A DNA stretch of 64,000 nucleotides. Source: Octopus vulgaris (Eukaryota). This document shows positions 13,437 to 26,947 of the stretch, in pieces. The notes under the pieces are model-generated. The model was given only the letters and a program-made list of their open reading frames with translations, did no database searches and was not told where the DNA came from. Position numbers and translations under genes: made by a program. The stretch lies in contig OX597817.1 in NCBI GenBank assembly GCA_951406725.2, forward strand, positions 63,674,001 to 63,738,000, read 5' to 3'. How positions within the stretch are numbered: the stretch's first letter is position 1; the number at the start of each line of letters is the position of its first letter.

Positions 13437-14303
13437 GCAAGCTTAAATCTTCTGATAGGACCGTTCTCTTCTCTGATAAAACAAAAAATTTAGACAGAGT
13501 AAGTAGTGACACACACACACAGCTTCTTAACAACAATATTACTCAAACGTACAGGAGGAGGGCTACCCATCAAGACGTAGGATAGTATTAACTAGGAGGC
13601 CAGAGATATAACTCTTAAGTTAGACATAGAAGATAGGGTTGTGACGCTGGCGAAGAAAGAGGTCTTCAGGTCTTCATAACGATCAAGGATCATAAGCCTA
13701 AATTTGTCTCTAACCCTAAATGCAGGCTGATAAACCCGGCGATGTCTGAGATCGGACAGGTAAGCAAACAGCTCATCTGGAAGATCACTAACGGCGTTAG
13801 AACCGCCTCTGACCTCACCCTATGGCACAACACCACTGAAGTCAGTAAATGTTTTAAGACCAACATCAGTAGGGGCAGAGCTAGGTTTACCCAATTCGAT
13901 ATAGTGGATTTTTACCCAGCTATATCAAGGGAGCTCCTGTTAAAGGCACTGGACTTCGCTAGGAACCGCACTGAAGTCGACGAGGACATACGCATTATCA
14001 TGCACGTCAGCAGAAACCTACTCTTCAGTAAGGGATTTGCTTGGGTCAAACACACTGACCAAGAGGGCTCCGTCGACGTAGCAATGTGTGCTTTTGACAT
14101 TACTGACGTATGTGACCTAGTCGGTCTCTTCATCCTAAAAAATATGTACTAAAAAGATATACTAAAAAAGAAATTCCCTTCAACTAGCTTTGGTCTCTAC
14201 AGTGACGATGCGCTGGTAATATCAGGAGGGGCTAACAGTCACACGATAGACAGGCTCAGAAACGACCTCACAAGCACCATGAACACCCTCGGACTGAGGG
14301 AGT
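13437..14303 (+). mobile_element. Penelope-like (Naiad-type) reverse transcriptase fragment, frameshifted
   Basis: Translates to SDKTKNL...LLNNNITQTY, ITIKDHK..NPKCRLINPAMSEIG, QFDIVDFYPAIS, VDVAMCAFD..DVCDLVGLFIL and GLYSDDAL (the RT catalytic motif). Small duplications such as ggtcttca x2 break the frame. Confidence 0.85.
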
Positions 14304-14346
14304 TCATATATATTTAATAGCCGAAACATATTATAAATATTGCTAA

Positions 14347-14558
14347 GTTGGTTGGTTGCTTGGTTGCTTGGTTGGTTGGTTGGTTGGTTGGTTGGTTGGT
14401 TAGTTGATTGGTTGGTTGGTTGATTGGTTGGTTGGTTGGTTGGTTGGTTGGTTGGTTGGTTGGTTGGTTGGTTGGTTGGTTGGTTGGTTGGTTGGTTGGT
14501 TGGTTGGTTGGTTGACTGGTTGGTTGGTTGGTTGGTTGGTTGGTTGGTTGGTTGGTTG
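14347..14558. repeat. (TGGT)n tetranucleotide microsatellite
   Basis: Directly visible tandem repeat. Confidence 0.95.
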
Positions 14559-14682
14559 ACTTTCCAGTCACGCTTTACATCCTACAACTGGAGTCTTGCA
14601 TGTATAGCGGGCTTGCTTCATATACCTCTACGGTACTATGCTATCTATTCTTTTCAACTACCTAATACTTTCCTCATTTATT

Positions 14683-14964
14683 AGGCACATGCATCACAAC
14701 CATATGTGCACAACATGGTAAACGTATATCAAGATAAACCTTGCATGGCTATGGTGCTCCTCCATTACTTCTCGTCATCAGAGATGCGCTTATTGTCAGC
14801 CACCAAGAGACATTCTCAACTAGTTAAGCTCAACAACTGATGAGCAAATCCATGGTTTTGAGCAGAATATAAGTTGTAGCCCACCTTTTACACCCAGACA
14901 AAGCATATACATGACAACACTTTCAATGAGCTAAGATCAGAAGCCATAAGAATCAGTGCCTGGT
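14683..14964. mobile_element. Unclassified dispersed repeat associated with ATT tracts, copy 1
   Basis: aggcacatgcatcacaaccatatg...gatcagagatgc...ttgagcagaatat is shared with 16650-17001 and 28392-28840. Confidence 0.75.
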
Positions 14965-16432
<1,468 letters not shown>

Positions 16433-16452
16433 TATTATTATTGTTATTGTTG

Positions 16453-16585
<133 letters not shown>

Positions 16586-16649
16586 CATTATTATTATCAT
16601 CATCATCATCATCATTATTATTATTATTATTATTATTATTGTTGTTGTT

Positions 16650-17001
16650 GAGTGAGAAAGCAGCCCATGCCATCAAGTGACACTGAGGTATAAATATATG
16701 AAGCCCAGTATGCCCATCATGACTACCCGTATGATAAGGGTACACCAGGCACATGCATCACAACCACATATGAGCGACATAGTGATCTCATATCAAGATA
16801 AACAGCACATGACCTAGCATGTGAGAGCCAGTTAGAACGTTTTTCAAGTCGAGCAGCCTATCCCGCTCAGAATAAGAGTTGTTTAAGCATGTTGAACGAA
16901 ACACCCATGTTTCCAGGAGTGAATTATTCAAACCCCCAAAGAATTCTTCTCAACACTTCTGCTCGTGATGCACATATCGTCAGATGTACATATTGTCAGC
17001 C
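16650..17001. mobile_element. Unclassified dispersed repeat associated with ATT tracts, copy 2
   Basis: gagaaagcagcccatgccatcaagtgacact...gggtacaccaggcacatgcatcac; matches 28392-28840. Confidence 0.8.
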
Positions 17002-17381
17002 CTATTTATGCCAATAGTGTTAAAATCCTGCGTTCTGGTGGCGATTGTTTTGTTTTTTAATAGTCAAGCTTAAATCTTTTGAGATTTGAGGAACTGAATT
17101 TATTTTCATGTCAGCATTTCGATTTGAACTATGATCTTCTACGTAACGACTTGGTAGTGATGAATTAAGTTTTGTCTCTACATAAGCCGCAGAATTCAGA
17201 GTAATGGATGTACTCGGAACTGAAGCGGAGAATAATCCAGGCGGTATTGAAACTATTGATATTATTATTTTTCAAGCACATATATAGTTTCCTAATACTG
17301 TGCTATTTCAATTACCTATATGACGAAATATGAATCTTTGATTTAAATGCAAGTGTATTTATGCATAAATGTATACACATT

Positions 17382-17423
<42 letters not shown>

Positions 17424-17505
17424 AGAGAGAGAGAGAGAGAGAGATGTGCGTGTGTATACATGCATACATTTGTATACATGTCTATGCACATATATGCATA
17501 TATAT

Positions 17506-17591
<86 letters not shown>

Positions 17592-17685
17592 CATGTCCAT
17601 ATATATATAAACACATACATATATATATATATATCATATGTGCACACACGCAGATGTATACATATGTGTATGTGTGCGCGCGCGC

Positions 17686-17719
<34 letters not shown>

Positions 17720-17957
17720 CATAATTATGAAAGGTGATTCAAAGTATAAAATAAATAACTATGGTTTTTGCTGATACTGACGAAGTTATAGTGAAAATAT
17801 AATTAATCAGATTGTGAAGAAATGACAAGCTTTGAAAGCTATACAAGACACATATTGTAAGATTTGAAAAGTCGGTGTAAGAAAAAACAAACAAATAAAA
17901 AAAAATTGATTACATAACTAATTTTGAAAACGTAAAATGTAATGAAACGAATGATGA

Positions 17958-17995
<38 letters not shown>

Positions 17996-18899
17996 AAGAA
18001 GAAGAAGAAGAAGAAGAAGAAGAGGTGGTGGTGGTGGTAACAGTAGTCTTTGTTATTTTTGGTACTGTTATTGTAGAATGAATGGACAAGTAAATAAAGC
18101 ATAGTAGTAATAGTAGCAGTAGTAGTATTAGAACGGCAGCAGCAGTATTAGTAATGGCGGTGCCGGTTGCTAGTGGTGGTCGTCGTCATCGTAACTGTTT
18201 TGGTGATGATGATGACGATGATGATGATGATGATGATGATGATGCTGTTGATACTGTTTGAACAGAAATAATATTGTGTCTTATAAAGAAAATATTTTAA
18301 AAAGATGTCTTTTAACTGAATATCTTTCAATATTTTCTATACTCATTTATTTTTATGTCTATTTTCTCTTTATTCCTATATTTACGCTTTTATGCGTCTC
18401 TTTGTCTTTATCGATCTATTTATCTACACATCTATGTATCTCGCCTTCATTTATTCTATTAATTAATATGTACCTAATTAAATCTATTTAACTGGTTTTC
18501 TGAGGTAAAAATCATCATTGGAAGGAAACAACAGTAGTATTTTAAGTGAATTTCTTGTTTTTGTAATATACGGAAACCTGTATGTGTGTACATTTGTGGT
18601 TGTATAAAGTTCGTGTTAGTAAAGTAAGTACTTCTAATATCCACGGCAGGCTTACACTGGTCGGTACTGATCTCCAGTTACACTGCGCTCTCATATCCCT
18701 CCTGACCGAGACATAGGTAGGTTATGTTTCGCCTGTAATTAAGAGAAGTTCTTGCTAAGGAATAAGAGACGGCTTCTAATTAAGATTCAAGAAGATTGTT
18801 TCGTTCGCTTGTAACCTGAGTTGAATCAAAGTTTCCGGAGAACAATGAATCTTTTCAAGGTGTTAACATTTTAATTGTCAGAAGAAATTCGTTGATAGG

Positions 18900-19040
18900 C
18901 AAGGAGTGGCTTTGTGGTAAGCAGCTTACTTACCAACCACATGGTTCTGGGTTCAGTCTCACTGCGTGGCACCTTGGGCAAGTGTCTTCTACTATAGCCT
19001 CGGGCCGACCAGACGGAAACTGAAAGAAGCCAGTCGTATA
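18900..19040 (+). mobile_element. CORE-type SINE 5' half ending at its microsatellite
   Basis: ggagtggctttgtggtaag...ggcaccttgggcaagtgtctt...agacggaaactgaaagaagcc. Confidence 0.8.
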
Positions 19041-19042
19041 TA

Positions 19043-19082
<40 letters not shown>

Positions 19083-19084
<2 letters not shown>

Positions 19085-19291
19085 AAGCACTCCGTCGGTT
19101 ACGACGACGAGGGTTCCGGTTGATCCGAATCAACGGAACAGCCTGCTCGTGAAGTTAACGTGTAAGTAGCTGAGCACTCCACAGACACGTGTACCCTTAA
19201 CGTAGTTCTCGGAGATATTCAGCGTGACACAGAGAGTGACAAGGCCGGCTCTTTGAAATACAGGTACACATACACACAAACATACACATAC

Positions 19292-19366
<75 letters not shown>

Positions 19367-19592
19367 TACGACAGGCTTCTTTCAGTTTCCGTCTACCACT
19401 ACTTACCACAGGTACAACAGAAACGGGACGTAAGAGTGGTGAAAGAGTACAGCAGGGATCACCACCATGCCGGAGCCTCGTGGAGCTTTAGGTGTTTTCG
19501 CTCAATAAACACTCACAACGCCCGGTCTGGGAATCGAAACCGCGATCCTATGACCGCGAGTCCGCTGCCCTAACCACTGGGCCATTGCGCCT

Positions 19593-19594
<2 letters not shown>
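19083..19594 (-). mobile_element. tRNA-derived SINE (ggaggcgcaatggcccagtggttagggcagcggactcgcgg head) interrupted by a nested insertion
   Basis: The A box tggcccagtgg and B box ggtttcgattccc are on the minus strand. The body is split at 19269-19407 with a duplicated acaggtaca. Confidence 0.75.
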
Positions 19595-19683
<89 letters not shown>

Positions 19684-19734
19684 TACACATATATATATAT
19701 ATGTGTATATATATAGATATATATATATATACTC

Positions 19735-19929
19735 TCTACTCTTTCACTTGTTTCAGTCATTTGACTGCGGCCATGCGGGAGCACCGCCTTTAATCGAGCA
19801 ACTCGACCCCGGGGCTTATTCTTTGTAAGCCCAGTACTTATTCTATCGGTCTCTTTTGCCGAACCGCTAAGTGACGGGACGTAAACACACCAGCATCGGT
19901 TGTCAAGCAATATAGGGAACAAACACACA

Positions 19930-19976
<47 letters not shown>

Positions 19977-20140
19977 TACGACAGGCTTCTTTCAGTTTCC
20001 GTCTACCAAATCCACTCACAAGGCATTGGTCGGCCCGAGGCTATAGCAGAAGACACTTGCCCAAGATGCCACGCAGTGGGACTGAACCCGGAACCATGTG
20101 GTTGGTAAGCAAGCTACTTACCACACAGCTACTCCTGCGC
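19735..20140 (-). mobile_element. CORE-type SINE, near full length
   Basis: Reverse complement of the 8372 family, including head, microsatellite and tail. Confidence 0.85.
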
Positions 20141-20164
20141 CTATATATATACATATATATTTAT

Positions 20165-20200
20165 AAAGAAGCCCGTCGTATATATGTACACGTATATATT

Positions 20201-20291
<91 letters not shown>

Positions 20292-20500
20292 TTGTGTGTC
20301 TGTGTTTGTCCCCCCAACATTGCTTGACAGCCGATGCTGGTGTGTTTACGTCCCCGTAACTTAGCGGTTCGGCAAAAGAGACCGATAGAATAAGTACTGG
20401 GCTTACAAAAAATAATTCCTGGGGTCGATTTGATCGACTAAAGGCAATGCCCCAGCATGGCCGCAGTCAAATGACTGAAACAAGTAAAAGAGTAAAGAGT
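20165..20500 (+). mobile_element. CORE-type SINE 3' part
   Basis: aaagaagcccgtcg, (TG)n, gtgtttacgtccccgtaacttagcggttcggcaaaagag and the family tail. Confidence 0.85.
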
Positions 20501-20587
20501 ATCTACTTTTTATTCTCAGGGATGAGAAACTTAAGTAAAAATGTGGAAACTTGTGTACGTGCTTATCTATTGGGTTATACATATTTG

Positions 20588-20780
20588 GAAACATTTTTCA
20601 CGCACAGAATTGTCAAAGCATGGAATAAATTATCCGGTCGGTTATTAACTGTTTGGCCACTACTTCCTGAAATTCACCAACATTCTTGATGTACCTATGC
20701 ATCCTTTCCTACTTGTAAATCCTTTACTTATATTTTTTCTGTCCTTTTGTGTTTTGTTCTCTGCATTGTGCACGTAGTTT
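20588..20780 (+). mobile_element. CR1-type LINE 3' end fragment
   Basis: FFTHRIVKAWNKL matches the CR1 ORF2 C-terminal FFxxRVVxxWNxLP motif. Confidence 0.65.
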
Positions 20781-21820
20781 CGACCTTCATTGCTTTCTTT
20801 GCGTAGTGACGCTTTCTGTGCCTCTTTTAACCATTTTTCCGACGATTTGTTGTTCACCTGAATACTGAATACAATAAGTTCATTATATAATTATAATATA
20901 TGAATGTAAATCTACAACCAGAGTATAAAAACTACAATATTTATATCATTAACTATAGGCATTGTCGTTTTACCGACCTTTATAGTATTACATCAACCTC
21001 ATTTTGCGTCAGAGATCAAGAATGTTAGCATTTGAAAATACTGTTATACTCGACTTTCTTTGAATTATCTTAGTTATCAATATAAATGATTAATGTCCCC
21101 GTCGAAAAACAGAATGAATTGCCGCTGTTATATCTAACATCTTGTCTGACATCGTGGGAGTGCAGCTGTTTTATATCTTCGAAACTAGTAAGACGTAATC
21201 TAAATTTATTATTTAAAAGTTTTGGTCTTAAAATATCTTTATCTCCTTATCATATAAATATATTTATTGTCTAATTTCATGGTCACATCAGAATATTATC
21301 ATTGTTCTTAAAAGAACCACTAAGGACCTTATATTCAAGGTACATCAGTTATTATAGCATCGCTTGTTTAATTTAAAATCTTTTTTTCTTTTTAAATAAT
21401 CAATTCTAAAAATATTCTCCCCTCACATTAGAACAGTTGTCGCTGGCGTGGGGCGGTGGCTAAATACTTGCAAAACAACAAACTTTTGGCTAGGACATTT
21501 TTAACAATTTGTTTTATGCAAACCAGATTTTTTTTCCTATTAAAATTTTAATACTGAAAATAATTTAAATAGATACAAAATATAGACAAGATAAGCTCCT
21601 TGACTTAGCTGATCTATAATCAAAGTCTTTCCAACCCTGATATTGTCGTATTTTAACGCATAATTTTCCGTGGACTACATTATCTAATAGGTCTTACTTT
21701 TTAAGGTGCTTGAAAAATATCGGTCAAGTTTAATAAAATTTAATATGTACTCAATGCATGAAGTGTCATTATTGAGCTCAAGGCCCAATGAAGAGCCCTC
21801 CACAGGAGCTAGCTTTTTAG

Positions 21821-21892
<72 letters not shown>

Positions 21893-22343
21893 GAGGTATA
21901 GGAAGAAAGTTAGCTTCAAGCAATCCGTAGTAAATATAAAAAGACAACTTTCAGGGAAAATAGTGGTTTATTGAGACTGAAGGTTGTGGATTTTTTTCGT
22001 ATCGAAGAACGATAAGCTGAAAAAATTATTTTTATGTTCGATGGTAGGCGACGACTGTTGGCGGATGGGAAATCGTGTGTGTATTGAAACAGACTTTGTT
22101 GTATTTTGGGACGATTGTTATACTAATAAGAAGCACACGCACTGGCTATATCATACTTCTTTTATTCTTATTTAGCAACTGATTAACAATGGCAATGAAA
22201 GGACTCTGACTTATCTATCTCATCGATTAACTGATCGATTAGTTAATTAGTTAAACAGTTAATTGTTTGACTATTAATAAAAAATGTGAAATAGAACCAG
22301 TACGTGTTTCTTACGAGCATAATGACCTTCCCAAGGTACAACA

Positions 22344-22393
<50 letters not shown>

Positions 22394-22414
22394 TTCTGGG
22401 TAAATTTCACCATA

Positions 22415-22520
22415 GTTCTTGTTTCAGCAGTACTTATACTAAAATTAGAACGATACAGAGAAGATTAGCATGGCCCCTGCGCAAGGATGACACGCAAATT
22501 CGTGAAGCGTTCCATATTCT
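22415..22520 (+). pseudogene. RNU6: U6 snRNA retropseudogene, full length (106 nt)
   Basis: tatactaaaattagaacgatacagagaagattagcatggcccctgcgcaaggatgacacgcaaattcgtgaagcgttccatattct contains the ACAGAGA box and the ISL. The 5' stem carries mutations, there is no T-run terminator, and it is fused to a retroelement tail. Confidence 0.95.
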
Positions 22521-22594
22521 CAACGGCGGTGCATCAGCATGGCCGCAGCTCTGAGCTGAAACTACAGAAAAAAAGAAGGAAAAAAAAAGAAATA
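22521..22594 (+). mobile_element. Retroelement (LINE-type) 3' tail fused to U6
   Basis: ggcggtgcatcagcatggccgcagctctgagctgaaacta followed by an A-rich tail. The same tail stands alone at 57967-58030 and is related to the CORE-SINE tail. Confidence 0.8.
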
Positions 22595-23105
22595 GGTAAA
22601 TTCCACCACGGTATATTCCACCATGGTAAATTCCACCCATGGACAGACTTTCAATATAAGCTGCTCCCGCTAATAATCACTGTGGTCAGTTTCTCTAGAC
22701 CGTGGGTCAATACCTATGTTATTTAATCTGTCTATCTCTCAAGTCTTGACACAGAGAGGCAGTTTGTGTGTGGGAGGAAAGATAGTGGGAGAGAGAGAGA
22801 GAGTCTGAAGGTGAAATAGAAAATAATCTTTATAATCTACTTGAATAGAGATGGAGGTCACATTAATGTTCTCCCATCGAGCAAGAATTTATGAAAAAGA
22901 CTCATTTCAAAAATAATGTAATTTGAGATAAAGAAAGAAAAGATTAAATTTTAACACACACCGTATTCCCCTTGTATTTCTTCGTGTGATTGTTTCTTAA
23001 TTATTTTTTCTTCCTCGTATTTTTTTGTATTCATTGACATTATTGATATTATTTTTATGAATTTCATTTTTATTTCCATAATATAGTAACCCATATAATA
23101 ATAAT

Positions 23106-23171
<66 letters not shown>

Positions 23172-23303
23172 TAATAATAATAATAATAATAATAACAATA
23201 ACAATAATAATAATGATGATAATTTCACCAATGGTGAATGAAATTTACTCGGTGGAATTTACCGGTCACCATATATATATATATACATGCATACATACAT
23301 ACA

Positions 23304-23422
<119 letters not shown>

Positions 23423-23462
23423 ACATATATGCATATATGTGTGTTATATATATATACACACA

Positions 23463-23580
23463 GACGTAGGAGTGGCTATGTGGTAAGTAGCTTGCTTCCC
23501 AACTACATGGTTCCGAGTTCAGTCCCACTGCGTGACACCTTGAGTGGATTTGGTAGATGGAAACCGTAAAGAACCTGTCG

Positions 23581-23634
<54 letters not shown>

Positions 23635-24046
23635 TTTGTGTGTCTTTGTTTGTGCCCCACCATCGCTCGACAGCCGATGTTGGTGTGTTTATGTCCCCGT
23701 AACTTAGTGGTTCAGGAAAAGAGGCCGATAGAATAACTACCAAGCTTACAAACAATAAGTTCTGGGGTTGATTAGTTCGACTAAAAGCAGTGCTCCACCA
23801 TCGCTGCAGTCAAATGACTGAAACAAATAAGAGAATAAAAGAATATACGTATACATACATGCGTGCCTGTGTGGTAAGAAACTAGGCGGAGGCATGACTA
23901 AGTCGTTAGAAGCTTGCTTCCCAACCACTTAGTTCCAGGTTCAGTCCCACTGCGTGACAGCTTGGGCGGTTACCTTCTGCTATAGCCTCGGGCCGACTAG
24001 AACCTTGTGAGTGGATTTGGTAGACAGAAATTGAAAGAAGTCCGTC

Positions 24047-24050
<4 letters not shown>
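23463..24050 (+). mobile_element. Two CORE-type SINE copies (23463-23842 and about 23865-24050)
   Basis: Family head, gtgagtggatttggtaga, internal (TA)n and tail motifs. Confidence 0.8.
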
Positions 24051-24096
<46 letters not shown>

Positions 24097-24360
24097 TTTA
24101 TTTTAAGCAGCAGAAAATTCAACAAAATCTGTTACTCTGAGTTTCTCGTTGCCGTTCATCAGACAGTTTTTGCTAGAATGGAACCGATATATCAATTCAA
24201 TCTATACTCTTACAAACGCTACACCTTTAAAAAGAAATGGACTTGTTTGATTGGCCCTTTAGAAAAAACGGTCAATCTTCGAGCGATAAACAAAAAGGTC
24301 AAAAATATATGTATATATATATAAAAAAACTTATAAAAATTATAAAATCCGAGGAAAAAA
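24097..24360 (-). mobile_element. Penelope-like pLTR fragment with a hammerhead ribozyme at 24129-24166
   Basis: The minus strand reads ctgt CTGATGA acg gcaa cga GAAA ctc a gag TA acag, then AATAAA. A related piece (tttatttgaaagcagcagaaa) lies at about 5040-5125. Confidence 0.65.
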
Positions 24361-24949
24361 CCTTACATTGAATAAAATACATATTGACGTTAATGAAGAA
24401 AGTGCAAATTAATGCATAGAAATTAAACCTGTTATAAATATTACACTGCAATACATATTTATATTAAAATCTACATATATATATCAACATACACAAAATT
24501 ATGCGCGCAAACGCCATACATATACAGACGTATGAATATAAATCTAAATATACACATAAAAGCATGTGTACATATATTCACGCAAAACCATCTCGCACGC
24601 AAGTTAAACTATGATCTATGTAGCGATTCTCATATACTGAGTAAGGGTGGGGGACGAAAGAAAGGGAGAGAGAGAAAAAGGAACGAAGGAGGTGTGGGGG
24701 AAAAAACGAAATAAGAAAAAAAAGAAAAATTATGTATACAAGCAGTGTAACGGCATTATTGGCATATATGGAGACAAGTATACATACACAAGTTTGAATG
24801 GATACATATACATACAGTCGTGTATATGTGTGCTTAAGCACAGACATACTTTCACTTACACATACACAGATACGCATGCTTACAAATACATATGCTTTGC
24901 TATACACATACTTATATCAACGTTCTAATTTTGACAACATTGCTTTTTT

Positions 24950-25420
24950 TTTAAAAAAACATTGCTTTTTTTTAAAAAATGGGTGCATTAATAAAAATAT
25001 ATACGAAAGACATATAAAATAAAATATAACATCCTATTTTGGGTCATTTATAAATAATCAAGGTAATATAAATAATCAAGGTAATCCTATACAATACAAT
25101 AACATGAAAACAAAGTTGGAGGTTTTTCCTAATATATATGTAGAAACATAAGACTTTGCTATACGGATTAAGATCCGCATAGCTTGGAAACAAAATCCAT
25201 CGTAGCGCTCATCGTTCAAGAGTCAAAATCAAAATCAAAAATACAAAATATATACTCTATCCATGTGGTATATTTATATTCGACATTTTAAATTTAGTCG
25301 CGTGCCTACATAAGTTCATTAGCTCACTTCTTTGATTCAAAGAATTATTGTCTTTGAATAAGATGTACATTTTTTCTAATAGACAAAGCTTGCACTTGAA
25401 ATTATTTTTGTATGCTCCAT
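24950..25420 (-). mobile_element. Penelope-like (Naiad-type) endonuclease C-terminus and 3' region
   Basis: AYKNNFKCKLCLLEKMYIL...LNQRSELMNLCRH fits the CxLCxxEK...LNxRxE...CRH motif. Confidence 0.7.
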
Positions 25421-25750
25421 ATATATATATATATATGTACATACATACACGTACACAATATGATTAAGATTCTGTTGAATTACGTACTTAAATTTAGGAT
25501 CCCTGCTAGTTCGGTATCATTTGCAGACCCCAACAATATTTATTTGAATATTGAATATCAAAACTCCGTGTAAGGGTATTTATACTCCAATTTCCTGTCC
25601 TGTGCATAGACTACGCAACCCATCTAAGTGAAAATATCCGCTCTTGGTAATTCAGAGATGTACTTTTTATATAAAGGTCCTTTCTATAGTATTTCCGAAG
25701 TGTAGATTCCAATTTAGGTGAGCAGAATATAAATAAGTAATAAAAATGAA

Positions 25751-26128
25751 CCGGTGTCAATTCATTACGCCCGTTTCAAGCGGCTCCATTTAATTGATTA
25801 ATGAAAACATTACATCAATTTGAAAGAAACCGTTCTCGTCAGATGACTACATAGGCTACCATCATTTAGAGACTCTTTGAATTATGGCAGTCTTATCAAG
25901 GTATGCTTTATTTTCTAAACTCATTCTGCCACAGATATATAAAAAAAGGAAACAATGTAAGCATTTTGGCTTCCCTTACTGATGTAAATTTGTTAAAAAA
26001 TAGTTTATCCTTCATGTTTGAATTCTATGGGGTCATCTGACGAGAAGGGTTTCTTGCAAATTGTTGTAATGTTTTCATTAATCAATTAAATGGAGCTACT
26101 TGAAACAGTCGCAATGAATTGACACCTG
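25751..26128. mobile_element. Tc1/mariner-type MITE with TIRs of about 104 bp
   Basis: 25751-25854 is a near reverse complement of 26025-26128, and the right end reads gacacctg|TA. Confidence 0.85.
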
Positions 26129-26166
26129 TACATTTTTGTAATTTATATATGTGTGTGTGAGTGTGT

Positions 26167-26234
<68 letters not shown>

Positions 26235-26239
26235 ATATA

Positions 26240-26475
26240 TCTAAGTGTGTGTCTTTGTTTTTGTGTTCGTCCCCCACGAATTCTTGACAATCTGTGTTGG
26301 TGTGTTTATATTCCGGTAACTTAGCTGTTCGGCACAAGAAAGCGATGGCATAAGTACAAGGTTTTTATAAAAATTAGTCCTGGAGTAGATTTATTCAACT
26401 AAAAAAACCCCTCAAGGCGATGCGCCAGCATGGCAACAGTTAAGTGACTGAAACAAATAAAAGATAAAAGAAAAA
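26240..26475 (+). mobile_element. CORE-type SINE 3' part, diverged
   Basis: gtaacttagctgttcggcac...ccagcatggcaacagttaagtgactgaaacaaataaaaga. Confidence 0.75.
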
Positions 26476-26541
26476 AGATATATATATATATATATTTATC
26501 TCTTATCTTTTACAATTTTTCAGTTTTATATATATATATAC

Positions 26542-26621
<80 letters not shown>

Positions 26622-26947
26622 TACGTATATATGATTTAATTATTTTCTGAAGTGTATCTTGCTGTTATATATTATCATTCTAAATCTAATACTTTTCACT
26701 TTTATTGATACTTCTCCCCAATCACTTTGCACATAAAAATTATTTCCAGCTGTGAAATATAATTCCGCACACTTTCTCCCTTTCTATGTCCTTTTGAAAT
26801 ATACACATACATACGTACGTACATACATACACATATATACATATATATATGTGTACATATGTGTGTATATATAGATATATATATATGTGTGTGTGTGTGT
26901 GTGTATGTGTATATATATAGATAGATAGATAAATAGATAGATAGATA

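Larger units (their letters stand above)
22392..23270. mobile_element. Non-autonomous TIR element with ggtaaattccacc subterminal repeats, inserted in (TA)n
   Basis: The left end ggttctgggtaaatttcacc resembles the reverse complement of the right end, ggtgaccggtaaattccacc. Units of about 15 bp repeat at 22595-22640, and (TA)n lies on both sides. Confidence 0.55.

Noticed and set aside
20760-21200. Minus-strand TATA/Inr-like motif (about 21145-21176) and acceptor at about 20858
   Set aside because: No coherent ORF or signal peptide could be assembled, and the region partly overlaps a CR1 remnant.
22415-22520. Functional U6 gene
   Set aside because: The 5' stem has mutations, the upstream sequence is (TA)n plus a transposon end rather than a recognisable snRNA promoter, there is no oligo-T terminator, and a retro-tail is attached.
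22595-22640. CRISPR-like short repeats
   Set aside because: These are tandem 15-mers without spacers, in a eukaryotic context with no cas genes.
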